NCBI GenBank assembly: GCA_036398215.1
Contig: DASWHK010000225.1
Location: forward strand, 1 to 61,338
Origin: Acidobacteriota bacterium
Lineage (GTDB): Bacteria > Acidobacteriota > UBA890
DNA: 61,338 bases
Direction of reading: 5' to 3'
The notes beneath the pieces were generated by a model, which was not told where the DNA came from, made no database searches, and saw only the letters and a list, made by a program, of their open reading frames with translations. The position numbers and the translations under genes were made by a program. Shown piece by piece: positions 42,248 to 52,234 of the stretch. Every line of letters begins with the position of its first letter. The stretch's first letter is position 1.

Positions 42248-44509
42248 ATGTCTTGGGCCGGGTGCACCGCGTCTCGCGGTCGCGCTTTGCGGCACCTCAT
42301 GGTGTTGCTGGCGGCCGGAGGCTGTCTGCTCGCCTCTCCGGGCGTACCCGTGGCCGCGCCCGGCGGCGCTCCTTCAACGGCGACACGCGCCGGCGCAATC
42401 TCCCCGCCGCACGCCGCTTCTTCACCGATCGGGGGAGCCGGCGCAATCTCCGCGCCGGCCGCGGGCCCCAGCCTGCTGCTGGTCACGATCGATACGCTGC
42501 GGGCCGATCGCCTGGGCAGCTACGGCTATGAAGCCGCCGAGACGCCGCACCTCGACCGGCTGGCGCGCGGCGGCGTCCGCTTCGATCAGGTGGCCACGAC
42601 GGCGCCGCTGACCCTCCCGGCGCACGCCTCGATCTTCACCGGCCGCTACCCCCATCGCCATGGGGTGCGCGACAACCTCAACTTCCCGCTGTCCGGCGAG
42701 ACCCCGACGCTCGCCGAGGTGTTGCGGGCGGCGGGCTTCGCCACCGGCGGTTTCTACGGGGCCTCGGTTCTCGACCTCCGAACCGGGATCGGACAGGGCT
42801 TCGAGACGTATCTCGGCCCGGCGGGCAGCGGATCGGTGACGCCGGCACAGGCCAGCCTGCAGGTCGAGCGTCGCGGCGAGGCGGTTGTCGCGGACGCGCT
42901 GCCGTGGATCGAGGCCCAGCCGGGGCGCTTCTTCGCCTGGGTCCATCTGTTCGACCCGCACGCGCCGTACTCGCCGCCGGCGCCTTTTCTCGAGCGCTAC
43001 GCCGGCCGCGGCTATGACGGCGAGGTTGCCTACGCCGACCACGTCGTCGGGTTGCTGATGGCGGGGCTCGAGGCCCTCGGCCGCGCCGCCGACACCATCG
43101 TGGTGGTGGCGGCGGACCACGGCGAAGGGCTCGGCGACCACGGCGAGCAGTTCCATTCGGCGCTGATCTACGACAGCACCGTACGGGTGCCGCTCATCCT
43201 GTGGGCACCGGAGCGCTTGCCGGCCGGTCGCGTGGTCGGCGGCCAGGCTAGCCTCGTGGACCTGCTGCCGACGACACTGGCTCTGCTCGGCGTCGAAGAT
43301 CCGCAGGTCGACCGGCGCGATGGCGTCGACCTGCGGCCGCTGATCGACGCCCCGGATGCGCCCGGCCGGCCCGCCTACGTCGAGAGTCTGACGCCGTTCC
43401 TGCAGCTCGGCTGGAGCGAGCTCCGCGCCCTCCGCACCGTCGATTTCAAGTACATCGCCGCGCCGCGTCCCGAGCTCTACGAACTGCGCGCCGACGCGGG
43501 TGAGAGCGACGATCTCATCGACCGCGAGCCACGCCGCGCCGAGGCTCTGGCGGCGCGGCTCGCCGAGATCGTCGGCGACGACGACGTCGACGGCATCATG
43601 CCTGGCGGCGGCTTTGTCGACATAGGCGGCGAGGCGCGCCTTCGCGAGCTGCAAGCAATCGGCTACGTCACGGTCACGGCGATGTCTTCGGGCGCTGTCC
43701 GCAAGGACCCGAAGGACCACGTCGAGCTCCTGGAGGCCTTTCAGCGCGACGCGCTCGCCGTCGAGCGGGCGCTGGCGAACCAGCACTGGCAGGACGCCGA
43801 CGCGATCATCGAGAGGCTGGCCGCCCGCCTGCCCGGACATCCGATGATCACCTACTACAGCGGCCGCTCGTCGCTGCGGCAGGGAAAGGCCGCGGCGGCT
43901 GTCGCCGACCTCGAGAAGACGGTCGCGCGGGCACCGGCCAACGCGCTGGCGCGGCTCGACCTCGGGGAGGCCTATTGGTTGCTGGGGGACAGAAAGCAAG
44001 CCTGCGAGGTCCTCGGCGAGGCGGCCGAGGCGTTCCCCGCCCTCGCCGCCTTCCCTCTCCGTCTCGGCATATACCTCCAGGAAGACGGCCGCCTCGGCGA
44101 GGCGGAGCGAGCCTTCGTCGCGGCGCGGCGCCTCGCTCCGCGCCACCCCACAATCCTCCGCCGGCTCGCCAATCTGTACCTGGCGGGAGGCGAGGTTGCG
44201 AAGGCGCAGGAGGTCCTCGGCGAGCTCGTGGAGATCGAGCCCCGCGACCCGAGCTCCTGGTCCGTGCTGGCCCAGGTCCTCTGCCGCCTCGGCGAGACGG
44301 CGCAGTGCGAGGCCGCCCTGCGCCAGGTGATCGCCAGCGCCCCCGACCGGGCCGATCCGTACTTCAACCTCGGCATATTCCTGTTGCGAGAGGGAGCCCA
44401 AGCGGAGGCGGCGGAGCTGCTTCGCGAGGCCCTGCTCCGCGAGCCCGGCCACCCGGGCGCTCGCGAGGCCCTGTCGCGCATCGTCTTTCAGGAATTGCCG
44501 CGCCCGTAA
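42248..44509 (+). CDS. sulfatase-like (alkaline phosphatase superfamily) hydrolase/transferase fused to C-terminal TPR repeats
   Basis: ORF 42236..44509 (TTG); ATG 42248 preferred. LLLVTIDTLRADRLGSYGY...APLTLPAHASIFTG has Thr where sulfatases have Cys/Ser. ADHGEGLGDHGE. The TPR block runs from about residue 520. Confidence 0.8.
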   Translation: MSWAGCTASRGRALRHLMVLLAAGGCLLASPGVPVAAPGGAPSTATRAGAISPPHAASSPIGGAGAISAPAAGPSLLLVTIDTLRADRLGSYGYEAAETPHLDRLARGGVRFDQVATTAPLTLPAHASIFTGRYPHRHGVRDNLNFPLSGETPTLAEVLRAAGFATGGFYGASVLDLRTGIGQGFETYLGPAGSGSVTPAQASLQVERRGEAVVADALPWIEAQPGRFFAWVHLFDPHAPYSPPAPFLERYAGRGYDGEVAYADHVVGLLMAGLEALGRAADTIVVVAADHGEGLGDHGEQFHSALIYDSTVRVPLILWAPERLPAGRVVGGQASLVDLLPTTLALLGVEDPQVDRRDGVDLRPLIDAPDAPGRPAYVESLTPFLQLGWSELRALRTVDFKYIAAPRPELYELRADAGESDDLIDREPRRAEALAARLAEIVGDDDVDGIMPGGGFVDIGGEARLRELQAIGYVTVTAMSSGAVRKDPKDHVELLEAFQRDALAVERALANQHWQDADAIIERLAARLPGHPMITYYSGRSSLRQGKAAAAVADLEKTVARAPANALARLDLGEAYWLLGDRKQACEVLGEAAEAFPALAAFPLRLGIYLQEDGRLGEAERAFVAARRLAPRHPTILRRLANLYLAGGEVAKAQEVLGELVEIEPRDPSSWSVLAQVLCRLGETAQCEAALRQVIASAPDRADPYFNLGIFLLREGAQAEAAELLREALLREPGHPGAREALSRIVFQELPRP

Positions 44510-44600
44510 CGCGCGGCCTCGCCGTCGTTCGCACGGTCGGCTGGTTCCGGCCGTGTGACTGTGCCCGGCACCGGCGGATCCGGGCGACCTCGTCCGCCCT

Positions 44601-46121
44601 TCATTCGGTCCGCTTGTTCCAGCCGTAAACCTCTTTGATCGCCGCCAACCACTCGAAGCCGCCGAGACGGTCGCGGACCATGGCCTCGTTGGCGCGCGCC
44701 GGGAACAGCGCGTGGCCCTCGAACTCCTCGTTCCAGGAGCCGACGATGACCGGGGCGGAGGGCAGCGTCGGGGTGCCGAACCGATCGCCGTGGTCCTCGC
44801 GCAGGTGTTCTTCGGTGATCGCCAGCATCGCCCGCAGGAGCTTGGCGTAGTCTTCGCGGCTCGCCAGCAGCGTCGGCAGGCCGACTTTGGCGAAGCCGGC
44901 CGCCGACGAGGGAAGGACGAGCAGCGGGTTGCCGGTGAAGCGGTTCCGCAGGCCGGCGAACGCCGCCCTCGTGCGCGCCTCGTTGGCGAGAATCACGTCG
45001 AGGTAGTCGCCGCCCAGGTGCACCGGTCCGTCGGCCGCGAACGCCGCGACGAGATCGAGGTCGTAATGGTGGTAGCGAGCGATGGCGTCGAAGAACCCGG
45101 CCCGGAAGCGCCGCGCCTGGTCGATGTCGGGGTCGCCCAGGAACAGCGCCTCGTCGCCGATCAGATAGGGCGCGACGCCCGCCTCCTCGATGAACGCCTG
45201 GCGCGCCTCGCCGAGGGCGAGCGCGACGCCGGTGAGCGAGCCGACGCCGGTTCCCAGTAGATGGCTGGCGAACATGTAGATGACCGGGCGGCCCTCGATG
45301 CGCAGCACGTTCGCCGCCAACGCACCGCTTTCGTCGAGCATCATCCGGGCCATGCTCTGGAAATGCTCGACGAGCCGCTGGCGGCGGCCGGTTCGGTACC
45401 CGAGCGTCACGCGATCGGCGACTCTCAAGTTGATCGCCGTCTCGTAGAGCCACCCGAACTGCCGCGTTCCAACCGAAGCCGCGGAAAAGTAACCGCGCGC
45501 GTAGTTGAGCAGCGGTGGATCGAAGCCCTCGCCCCCCGGCTCGTCGATCCAGGAGAGCAGCTCGGCGCCGATCCCGAACTCGTGCTTGAGGGCGTTGAAC
45601 TGCTCTTCGGTCGCCGGATCGTCAGAGTTGTAATCGCCGCCCAGGTAACTCGCCGTGGGCCGCTCTCGCACCCGCCGGAGCGGGTGGTACCAGCCGTAAT
45701 GCCAGCAGATGACCACCGGCCGCGGGGTCGCGGGCCCGGGCATCGCGTGGGCGTCGAAGGCTTCGAGGTCGGCGGCCGTCACCTCGCCGCTGGCCAGCAG
45801 GTCGGCGCGAAAGTCGTAGCCGGGCCGCGGGCTGATCTCGAGGCCCCGCGCCGCCCCCAGGCTAGCCTCGATGGCCCGCCGGTCGTCTCCGTTGACCGTG
45901 CCGTTGCCGTCGATGTCGAGGACCCAGGAAGGTATCGCGAGGTACTCCGGAGCGGTCGTCAACGTGCCGGCGGCCTGGCGCGGCTGCATGAGGCTCGAAG
46001 GGTCCCGCCCGCCGCCACCCGCAAGGGCGCGGGCCAGCGCCGTCCCGGGCGCCAGCGCCACGCCCGACAGCGCGGCCCCCGAGGCCGCCGCCTTCACGAA
46101 GTCCCGCCGCGTGATCGACAT
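44601..46121 (-). CDS. Tat-exported hypothetical protein (dockerin/EF-hand-like DxDxNG motif plus possible glycoside-hydrolase-like domain)
   Basis: ORF 44601..46121. Twin-arginine signal MSITRRDFVKAAASGAAL; DIDGNGTVNGDDRRAIE; VVICWHYGWYHP. Family not recognised with confidence. Confidence 0.65.
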   Translation of the reverse strand: MSITRRDFVKAAASGAALSGVALAPGTALARALAGGGGRDPSSLMQPRQAAGTLTTAPEYLAIPSWVLDIDGNGTVNGDDRRAIEASLGAARGLEISPRPGYDFRADLLASGEVTAADLEAFDAHAMPGPATPRPVVICWHYGWYHPLRRVRERPTASYLGGDYNSDDPATEEQFNALKHEFGIGAELLSWIDEPGGEGFDPPLLNYARGYFSAASVGTRQFGWLYETAINLRVADRVTLGYRTGRRQRLVEHFQSMARMMLDESGALAANVLRIEGRPVIYMFASHLLGTGVGSLTGVALALGEARQAFIEEAGVAPYLIGDEALFLGDPDIDQARRFRAGFFDAIARYHHYDLDLVAAFAADGPVHLGGDYLDVILANEARTRAAFAGLRNRFTGNPLLVLPSSAAGFAKVGLPTLLASREDYAKLLRAMLAITEEHLREDHGDRFGTPTLPSAPVIVGSWNEEFEGHALFPARANEAMVRDRLGGFEWLAAIKEVYGWNKRTE

Positions 46122-46179
46122 CTACTTTCCCCGCCGGCCTTCTATTCCTCGTTCGCGGTCCGGCGGCTTCGTGCCGTCA

Positions 46180-49100
46180 TCATCGGCCGGGAACGGGCGC
46201 CGGCGAGCCCTGGGGTTCGGGAGCGAAGGAGTCGCTGCCACCACGCCCGCCGCGGCCGCCTCGTCCACCTCCGCGCTCACCGTCACCCCGCCGCCGCAGC
46301 TCATCGTTACGCTCGATCACCGAGGTCCCCTCGATGATCCAGGGCTTCGCTTCCTCGCCCTTCAGGTAGTGACCGAACCAGTCGAGGATGCGCTGGTGGT
46401 AATCGAGCTGGTTCTTCTTCTCGCGGTTGCTGTGGTTCTCGCCCGCGTACACGAGCATGACGAACTGCTTGCCGGCGCGCCGCGCGTAGTTGTACATCTC
46501 CACGCCCTGGTGCCAGTCGACGGTCCCATCGCTGTCGCCGAAGGCCATCAGCATCGGGGTCTGCAGGTCGGGAATGCCCATCACCGGCGACTCGCGCATG
46601 TAGGCCTCCATGTCCTCCCAGTAGGGGACCCCCATGCGCGCCTGGCCGGTCTCGAAGTGCGAGCTCTCGGGCAGCCCCTGGTTCCAGTGGATCGTCCCGA
46701 ACATCGAGAAGAAGTTGGTCAGCGCCGCCCCCGATACCGACGCCGCGAAGATGTCGGTCCTGGTGGGGATGTAGGCGGCCTCGTAGCCGCCCCAGGAGTG
46801 GCCGACGAGGCCAACGCGTTCGCCGTCGACCATGCCGGTCTCGACCACGGCCTTCAGCGCCGGGCGCACGCACTCCACGGCCGAGGTCCCCGGCATGCGG
46901 TCGCGGTAGACGATGTCGGGCTCGAGCACGAAGTAGCCGAGGCTGGTCCACACCGCCGGGTTGTAGGGGCTGCGCGCCGACGGCACCGAGTAGTTGTGGA
47001 CGGTCGCGGAGCGGAGCTCGTAGACGTAGGTGATCATCGGGTAGCGCCGCCCTTCCTCGTAGCCTGCCGGATAGAAGAGCGCCCCCTGGACGCGCGGGCC
47101 GAACTCGCAGTCGTAGTCGATCAGGCGCGAGCGGCCCCAGGCGAAGTCGGCCTGGAAGGGATTGGTGCGGGTGACCTGGCGGGCGCCGGCGAGGTCCGGA
47201 CCGCCGACGAAGTAGTCGGGGGAGTCGTCGAAGCCCTGGAGCGTGTAGGCGAAGGTGGCGGCGTCGTCGGCCTTGGCGAGGCCGCCGGCGTTCTTGTCGA
47301 CGAACAGCAGGCGCACCGGGCCGGCGGGGCTGAAGCCGCCGGGGGCGAGTCCGGGGCCCGAGGCGCCATCGCCGCCGGTCGCCCGATTCGAGGCACCGCC
47401 GGCTGCTCGAACCGTATCGCCACCGGCCGCGCGAGCCGACCCACCGCCGGCCGGCGGATCGAGGCGGGCGTAGCCGTACTTCTTGGTCCAGCGGCCATAG
47501 AGGTCCAGCCAGAGCGGCTGGGCGGGATCGATGAAGTCCTCCTCTCGGCCGAGGCGGATCACGCGATGCTCGATCTCTTCGGCGGCGCCGTTGGTGATCC
47601 TGGCGGCGCCCGAGCCGTCGGGGGCGACGCTCCAGACGTCGTAGCGGTCGTAGAGGAGGACGGCGGCGTCGCCCTTCGCCCAGCCGCCGACGCCCCAGGG
47701 AGGCTTCTGCTCGGTGGGGTAGTCGTACTCGTCGTCGACGAACGAGGAGGGCAAGGCGGCCGTCAGATTGCGGTGCTCGCCTGAGGCGATCTCGTAGGCG
47801 AAGTGATGATCGTCCTTGAAATAGAGGAGGTAGCGACCATCGGCGCTGCCGCCCGAGAAGTAGCGGACGCGATCGACGACGCCGGTGCGCTCGCCGGTGG
47901 CGACGTCGATCAGGTCGACGTCGAACCAGCGGCGGCCGAACATGCCGTCGAACATGTACGGCTTGCGGTCGGTCTCGGTGGCGTGTCTGTCGCCGGCCAA
48001 GACCCCGATGCTCTCGTCCACATCGCCGCCGAGGCGGACGAAGCGGTCTTCGTTAACGTGCCATACCGACAGGTAGCTGCGGCTCCGATCGCGCTGCTCC
48101 TGGAGCTTCTGCATCGGGATGATCCGCTCGTCGCGGGCGTGCCAGACATCGACGTCAGCCGGCTCGGGCTCGTCGTCTTCCGTGGCCTCCTGCTGACCGC
48201 CCGTGCCGCCCTCGTCTTGCCCGACCAGGCCCTGGCCGCCGGCCGCCTGGCCACCAGCCCCGGCAGCGCCGCCCGACTCGCCGCCGGCCGCGTCCTGCGC
48301 CCCCTCAGCCCCGCTCTCGTCCGCTTCCTCGCCGGTTGCCGGCTTCTCCGGCCACTCGCGGATGCCGAAGAAGATCGCCCGGCCGTCGTCGGACCACTGC
48401 GGCGCGCGGTGCTCGACGACCCGCATGCCGGCGGGGAAGCCGGCCGCCTCGCGGTGATCGAAGCGCAGCCGTGCCGCGGGGGTCGCCGCGGCCACCGCCC
48501 CGCCGCCGAGCGCCGCTTCGAGGCCGCGCCAGGCGAGCAGCAGGTGGGTCGGCTCCTCGTGTGCTTCGTCCTCGATCGAGCGGAGCACCGCGAGGTCGTC
48601 GGCGTCCTCGCGCCAGGTCGCGCCCTCGAAGGTCGCATCGCCCGAGTCCAGCACCCGCAGCACGCCGGTGGCGGCGTCGTAGACCTGCACGCCGTTGCCG
48701 GCGCCGCCGCTGGTCGCCACGGTCATCGCCAGCAACGTTCCCTCGCCCTGCCAGGCGTACTCGGCGATGTTGCCGAAGTTGATGCTGCTGCCCGACGCCA
48801 GCGACCGCACGATCAGGTCGGCCGCCTCCGCTTCCTCAGGCGTGTAGCCGCGGATCGCCAGGAACCGGCCGCCGTCGGCGAAGCCGAAGCCGGCCACCGC
48901 CTCGAAGACCTCCGCCTCGCCGCTCGCCAGGTTCCTGAGGCCCATCTTGTTGCGGATCGGCTCGTCCTCCTCCCGCAGTCGCTCCTGCTCGTCCTCCGAG
49001 AAGCCGATCTGATAGGCGAGCCACGCGGAGTCGCTCGAGAACATCGGCCGGGCGCCGTTCTCGATCGCCACGGGCTCGCCGCCGGCGGCGGCGAGCTCAT

Positions 49101-49434
49101 GGAGCTGCAGCTCTCCAGTGCCGTCGACACGCCGGATCGAGACCGCCAGCCAGCCGCCGTCGGGCGACAGCTCACCGCCGCCGAGGCTCTCCCAGCGGCC
49201 GTAGTCGGCCGGCGTGATCGGGGCCGCCTGTGTTTCCCGGCGGCGGGCCTCCTCTCGGAGCCCTCCACCGGCAGGCACGATCGAACGGTGCGAGGCCGGG
49301 CCCGCGAGGTCCGACGTGAATCCGGCCGTCGGGTCGATGCCTGCGCTCTCGACACGCGGCGTGGCGGGCGCTGCCACGGCGAGCAAAGCAGCGACGGAGA
49401 TCAGGAAGGTGACCTTCACGGCTCTCGTTCTCAT
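46180..49434 (-). CDS. S9 family serine peptidase (prolyl oligopeptidase/acylaminoacyl-peptidase type) with low-complexity inserts and RGG tail
   Basis: ORF 46180..49629 trimmed to ATG 49434 behind GAGGA (MRTRAVKVTFLISVAALLAVAAPA signal). Nucleophile elbow GLVGHSWGGYEA; MLMAFGDSDGTVDW; ENHS. Confidence 0.85.
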   Translation of the reverse strand: MRTRAVKVTFLISVAALLAVAAPATPRVESAGIDPTAGFTSDLAGPASHRSIVPAGGGLREEARRRETQAAPITPADYGRWESLGGGELSPDGGWLAVSIRRVDGTGELQLHELAAAGGEPVAIENGARPMFSSDSAWLAYQIGFSEDEQERLREEDEPIRNKMGLRNLASGEAEVFEAVAGFGFADGGRFLAIRGYTPEEAEAADLIVRSLASGSSINFGNIAEYAWQGEGTLLAMTVATSGGAGNGVQVYDAATGVLRVLDSGDATFEGATWREDADDLAVLRSIEDEAHEEPTHLLLAWRGLEAALGGGAVAAATPAARLRFDHREAAGFPAGMRVVEHRAPQWSDDGRAIFFGIREWPEKPATGEEADESGAEGAQDAAGGESGGAAGAGGQAAGGQGLVGQDEGGTGGQQEATEDDEPEPADVDVWHARDERIIPMQKLQEQRDRSRSYLSVWHVNEDRFVRLGGDVDESIGVLAGDRHATETDRKPYMFDGMFGRRWFDVDLIDVATGERTGVVDRVRYFSGGSADGRYLLYFKDDHHFAYEIASGEHRNLTAALPSSFVDDEYDYPTEQKPPWGVGGWAKGDAAVLLYDRYDVWSVAPDGSGAARITNGAAEEIEHRVIRLGREEDFIDPAQPLWLDLYGRWTKKYGYARLDPPAGGGSARAAGGDTVRAAGGASNRATGGDGASGPGLAPGGFSPAGPVRLLFVDKNAGGLAKADDAATFAYTLQGFDDSPDYFVGGPDLAGARQVTRTNPFQADFAWGRSRLIDYDCEFGPRVQGALFYPAGYEEGRRYPMITYVYELRSATVHNYSVPSARSPYNPAVWTSLGYFVLEPDIVYRDRMPGTSAVECVRPALKAVVETGMVDGERVGLVGHSWGGYEAAYIPTRTDIFAASVSGAALTNFFSMFGTIHWNQGLPESSHFETGQARMGVPYWEDMEAYMRESPVMGIPDLQTPMLMAFGDSDGTVDWHQGVEMYNYARRAGKQFVMLVYAGENHSNREKKNQLDYHQRILDWFGHYLKGEEAKPWIIEGTSVIERNDELRRRGDGERGGGRGGRGGRGGSDSFAPEPQGSPAPVPGR

Positions 49435-49648
49435 CGGATCCTCGGGCGTGGGGGGAGATGCGCATCCGGCAGTTTGGCGCGCCCCTGAGTATCCGTTCCC
49501 GGCCCGGGTCGCTTCAACCGGCGCGGCGGTCGTCGCATTGCCAAGAGGTGCCGCGCCGCCGGCCGCGCGGGGCGCGACCACTCCGCGCCAGATTGGGCGC
49601 GTTGGGGTCGGTCGCTGATCGAGCCTCACGGCACCCCGAAGCCCCGGC

Positions 49649-49662
49649 CCCTATAATGGGGC
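49649..49662 (+). promoter_or_regulatory. CCCTATAATGGGGC box (perfect TATAAT at 49652..49657) upstream of the TAXI gene
   Basis: A perfect -10 hexamer is conspicuous in very GC-rich DNA; lies 63 nt upstream of ATG 49720. The same 14-mer recurs at 52099. Promoter role is inferred. Confidence 0.35.
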
Positions 49663-49719
49663 CTCCTGAAGCAACTCCCGACGAAGCGGACGCCGCCCCC
49701 GAGAGCAAGGAAGACGAAA

Positions 49720-50691
49720 ATGCCGCGAACGGCCCGAACGCTACTGACGCTCCTTTGCCTCTCCGCGCTCGCCTGCGGGGGCGCCGGTTCCGAAAACGGC
49801 GGTGGGACGCCGAGATTCCTCAGCATGGGCACGGCGCCGCCGGGCGGCGCGTTCTTCGTGGTCGGTGGGGCGCTCACCGAAGTCTTCAACGAGCACGGCG
49901 GCGGCGCCAGCATGACGGCCGAGGCGACCAGCGGCTCGCAGGAGAACATCCGGCGGCTCGACACGGGCGAGCTCGACTTCGCGCTCTCCAACTCGGCGAT
50001 CAGCTACTTCGCGGTGCGCGGTACCGAGGGATGGGACCGGGCCTATCCGGTGCGCGCCGTCATGACGCTGGCGCCGAACGTGGCGATGTTCGTGGCCCCG
50101 GCCGGCGGCAGCGTGCAGGCGATGTCCGACCTCGCCGGCAAGCGCGTCGGCGTGGGTCCGGCGGGCGCCGGGTTCGAGTACTTCGTGCGCCCGCTGTTGG
50201 CGGCGCACGGCATCGACTACGACGATTTCTCCCCGGTGAACGCCACCCAGGCGGCGGCCGTCGACATGCTCGCCGACGGCTCGGTGGCGGCGGCCCTTCT
50301 CGGCGGCGCCGTGCCGACGGCCTCGATCACCCAGGCGGCGGCCGCCCGCGACATCATCCTGGTGCCCTTCGATCCGCAGGCCGTGCAGCGGCTGGTGGCC
50401 GAGTACGTGTTCTTCAGCCCGGCGACGATCCCGGCGGGGACCTACCGCGGCGTCGACCAGGACTTCGCCGGCCTCGACGTCGGCTCCATGCACCTGATCG
50501 CCGCCGCCGACCAGGACGAGGAGCTCGTCTACGCCTTCACCAAGGCGCTCTACGAGAACCGCGAGGCCGTGATCCAGCGGCACGCCGCCGGTCGCGCCAT
50601 CAACGAGGGCAACGTGGTGCGCGACACCGGCACCGAGTTCCACCCCGGCGCCATCCGCTACTACCGCGAGCTCGGCATCTGGCCGCGCTGA
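49720..50691 (+). CDS. TAXI-family TRAP transporter solute-binding lipoprotein
   Basis: ORF 49720..50691. Lipobox LSALACGG; GTAPPGGAFFVVGGALTEV...TSGSQENIRRLDTGELDFAL...HPGAIRYYRELGIW. Confidence 0.9.
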   Translation: MPRTARTLLTLLCLSALACGGAGSENGGGTPRFLSMGTAPPGGAFFVVGGALTEVFNEHGGGASMTAEATSGSQENIRRLDTGELDFALSNSAISYFAVRGTEGWDRAYPVRAVMTLAPNVAMFVAPAGGSVQAMSDLAGKRVGVGPAGAGFEYFVRPLLAAHGIDYDDFSPVNATQAAAVDMLADGSVAAALLGGAVPTASITQAAAARDIILVPFDPQAVQRLVAEYVFFSPATIPAGTYRGVDQDFAGLDVGSMHLIAAADQDEELVYAFTKALYENREAVIQRHAAGRAINEGNVVRDTGTEFHPGAIRYYRELGIWPR

Positions 50692-50711
50692 CCGAGGAGT
50701 CCGAGGCGGGG

Positions 50712-51548
50712 ATGGCGCGCCATTACCTTTCGACATCCGACGTGGTCCGGATCCTCGCCGTCGTGGCGTCGATCATGGTCCTCGCGGTCATCGGTTGGCT
50801 TGCCGCCGGGCCCGCGATCCTCGGCATCGTCGTCGCCGTCGCGACCGGGATCGTGCTCGTCGCCGTGGTTCAGCTCGATCGGCGAAGCCGGCTCGAGAAC
50901 CTGCGGTTGCAGGACTGCAACTACAGGCAGATCGAATCCTTGTTCGCGCTATACAGCGAGCTGGAGCCCGTCGCCTCGCTGCCCCCGATGCGCGGCTGGG
51001 CGGCGTCCCCGGATCTTCTCAGGCGGCTCATGGAGCTCGTTCGCTGCCAGCGGCCGGTGACGATCGTCGAAGCCGGCTGTGGCCCCTCGACGCTGGTCTG
51101 TGGATACGCGCTCCGTCAAACCGGCGCGGGAAGGATCGTCGCCCTCGAGCACGACCGGGAGTATGCCGAGCGCTGCCGAGAGCAACTCGCCGCCCACGGC
51201 CTGCAGCAGATCGCCGAGGTCCGGCACGCGCCGCTGTGCGATTCGGAGATCCAGGGCGTGCGCTGGAAGTGGTACGACCTGAGCGCCCTGGAGGACGTCG
51301 AGTCGATCGACCTTCTCGTCATCGACGGCCCTCCCGAGAGCGTTCAGCCGCTGGCGCGCTACCCGGCGTTGCCGCTGCTGGCGGATCGATTGAGCGAGGG
51401 TGCGATCGCCATCCTGGACGACGGCAACCGTGACGGCGAGCGTCGCTGTGTGGAGCGGTGGTTGGCCGAGATCGCCGACTTGTCGTCCGAGTACCTGGCC
51501 CTCGAAAAGGGTGCCTTCATTCTCCGGAAGGGAGGCGAGGCGCGGTAG
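50712..51548 (+). CDS. membrane-anchored class I SAM-dependent methyltransferase (Methyltransf_24-like)
   Basis: Frame of ORF 49458..51548 from ATG 50712. Two N-terminal TM helices; VTIVEAGCGPSTLVCG; IVALEHD; LLVIDGPP; AIAILDDGNRDGE. Confidence 0.75.
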   Translation: MARHYLSTSDVVRILAVVASIMVLAVIGWLAAGPAILGIVVAVATGIVLVAVVQLDRRSRLENLRLQDCNYRQIESLFALYSELEPVASLPPMRGWAASPDLLRRLMELVRCQRPVTIVEAGCGPSTLVCGYALRQTGAGRIVALEHDREYAERCREQLAAHGLQQIAEVRHAPLCDSEIQGVRWKWYDLSALEDVESIDLLVIDGPPESVQPLARYPALPLLADRLSEGAIAILDDGNRDGERRCVERWLAEIADLSSEYLALEKGAFILRKGGEAR

Positions 51549-51595
51549 TGGCCGCGTTGCCGCAGCGAGCCGCCGCGGCCTCGACGAGGAGCGCG

Positions 51596-51979
51596 CTAGC
51601 GATTCTGGAGCCTCTCCTCGAGAAAGCTCACGAGCCGTTCGGTTTCGGAGCGTAGGGAGCCGATCGAGGTCGGGAAGCTCACCGGCCGCGACACCACCGT
51701 GGCGTCGGTCTGAGGGTCGATCAGCTTCAACTGGCCGGAGAACGCTTCGATGTCGTCGATCTCGACGAGCAGCACGTAGGTCGCCATCTCGACGGATTGG
51801 GTCACGGAGAACCGCTCCGAGCGGATCAGCGACAGGCCCAGCTGCCGCCGGGTCTCGACCAGGTCTTCCTGTCGCGTGGCGAGCATCATCGTCGAGCCCG
51901 TCGAGCTGCCCGGGGTCGCATCGCCCGCCAGGACCCGACTCGTATCCAGCGGGGCGACGAGCACGCGCGGCACCGACAT
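51596..51979 (-). CDS. hypothetical protein (about 127 aa), start uncertain
   Basis: ORF 51596..52183. G/C-rich third codon positions support coding. I prefer ATG 51979 (MSVPRVLVAPLD) because the upstream part of the ORF runs through the duplicated TATAAT leader. No family recognised. Confidence 0.4.
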   Translation of the reverse strand: MSVPRVLVAPLDTSRVLAGDATPGSSTGSTMMLATRQEDLVETRRQLGLSLIRSERFSVTQSVEMATYVLLVEIDDIEAFSGQLKLIDPQTDATVVSRPVSFPTSIGSLRSETERLVSFLEERLQNR

Positions 51980-52098
51980 CCGAGCGTCGAAGTCGTCGGG
52001 GCGCGACGAAACCTGCTCGAGCCGCCCGACGGCTGTAAGGCACGCTGCTTGGCGGATCGCCGCGCGCCCTGCACCCTCGGGCATCCAGGCGCCGCGGT

Positions 52099-52112
52099 CC
52101 CTATAATGGGGC
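52099..52112 (+). promoter_or_regulatory. second copy of the CCCTATAATGGGGC box (TATAAT at 52102..52107)
   Basis: Identical 14-mer to 49649..49662; lies upstream of the TAXI remnant and the TRAP permease. Confidence 0.35.
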
Positions 52113-52234
52113 GGCCCCACGCAGCTCCGGGGGAGAGCAGCCATTGGGGGTGGGCCCACAACATTGGGGATGGCCCGCAACACTCACCCGCGAGACCCTC
52201 TGGATCGACGCCCCCGCTGTCCGAGGAAACGAGA

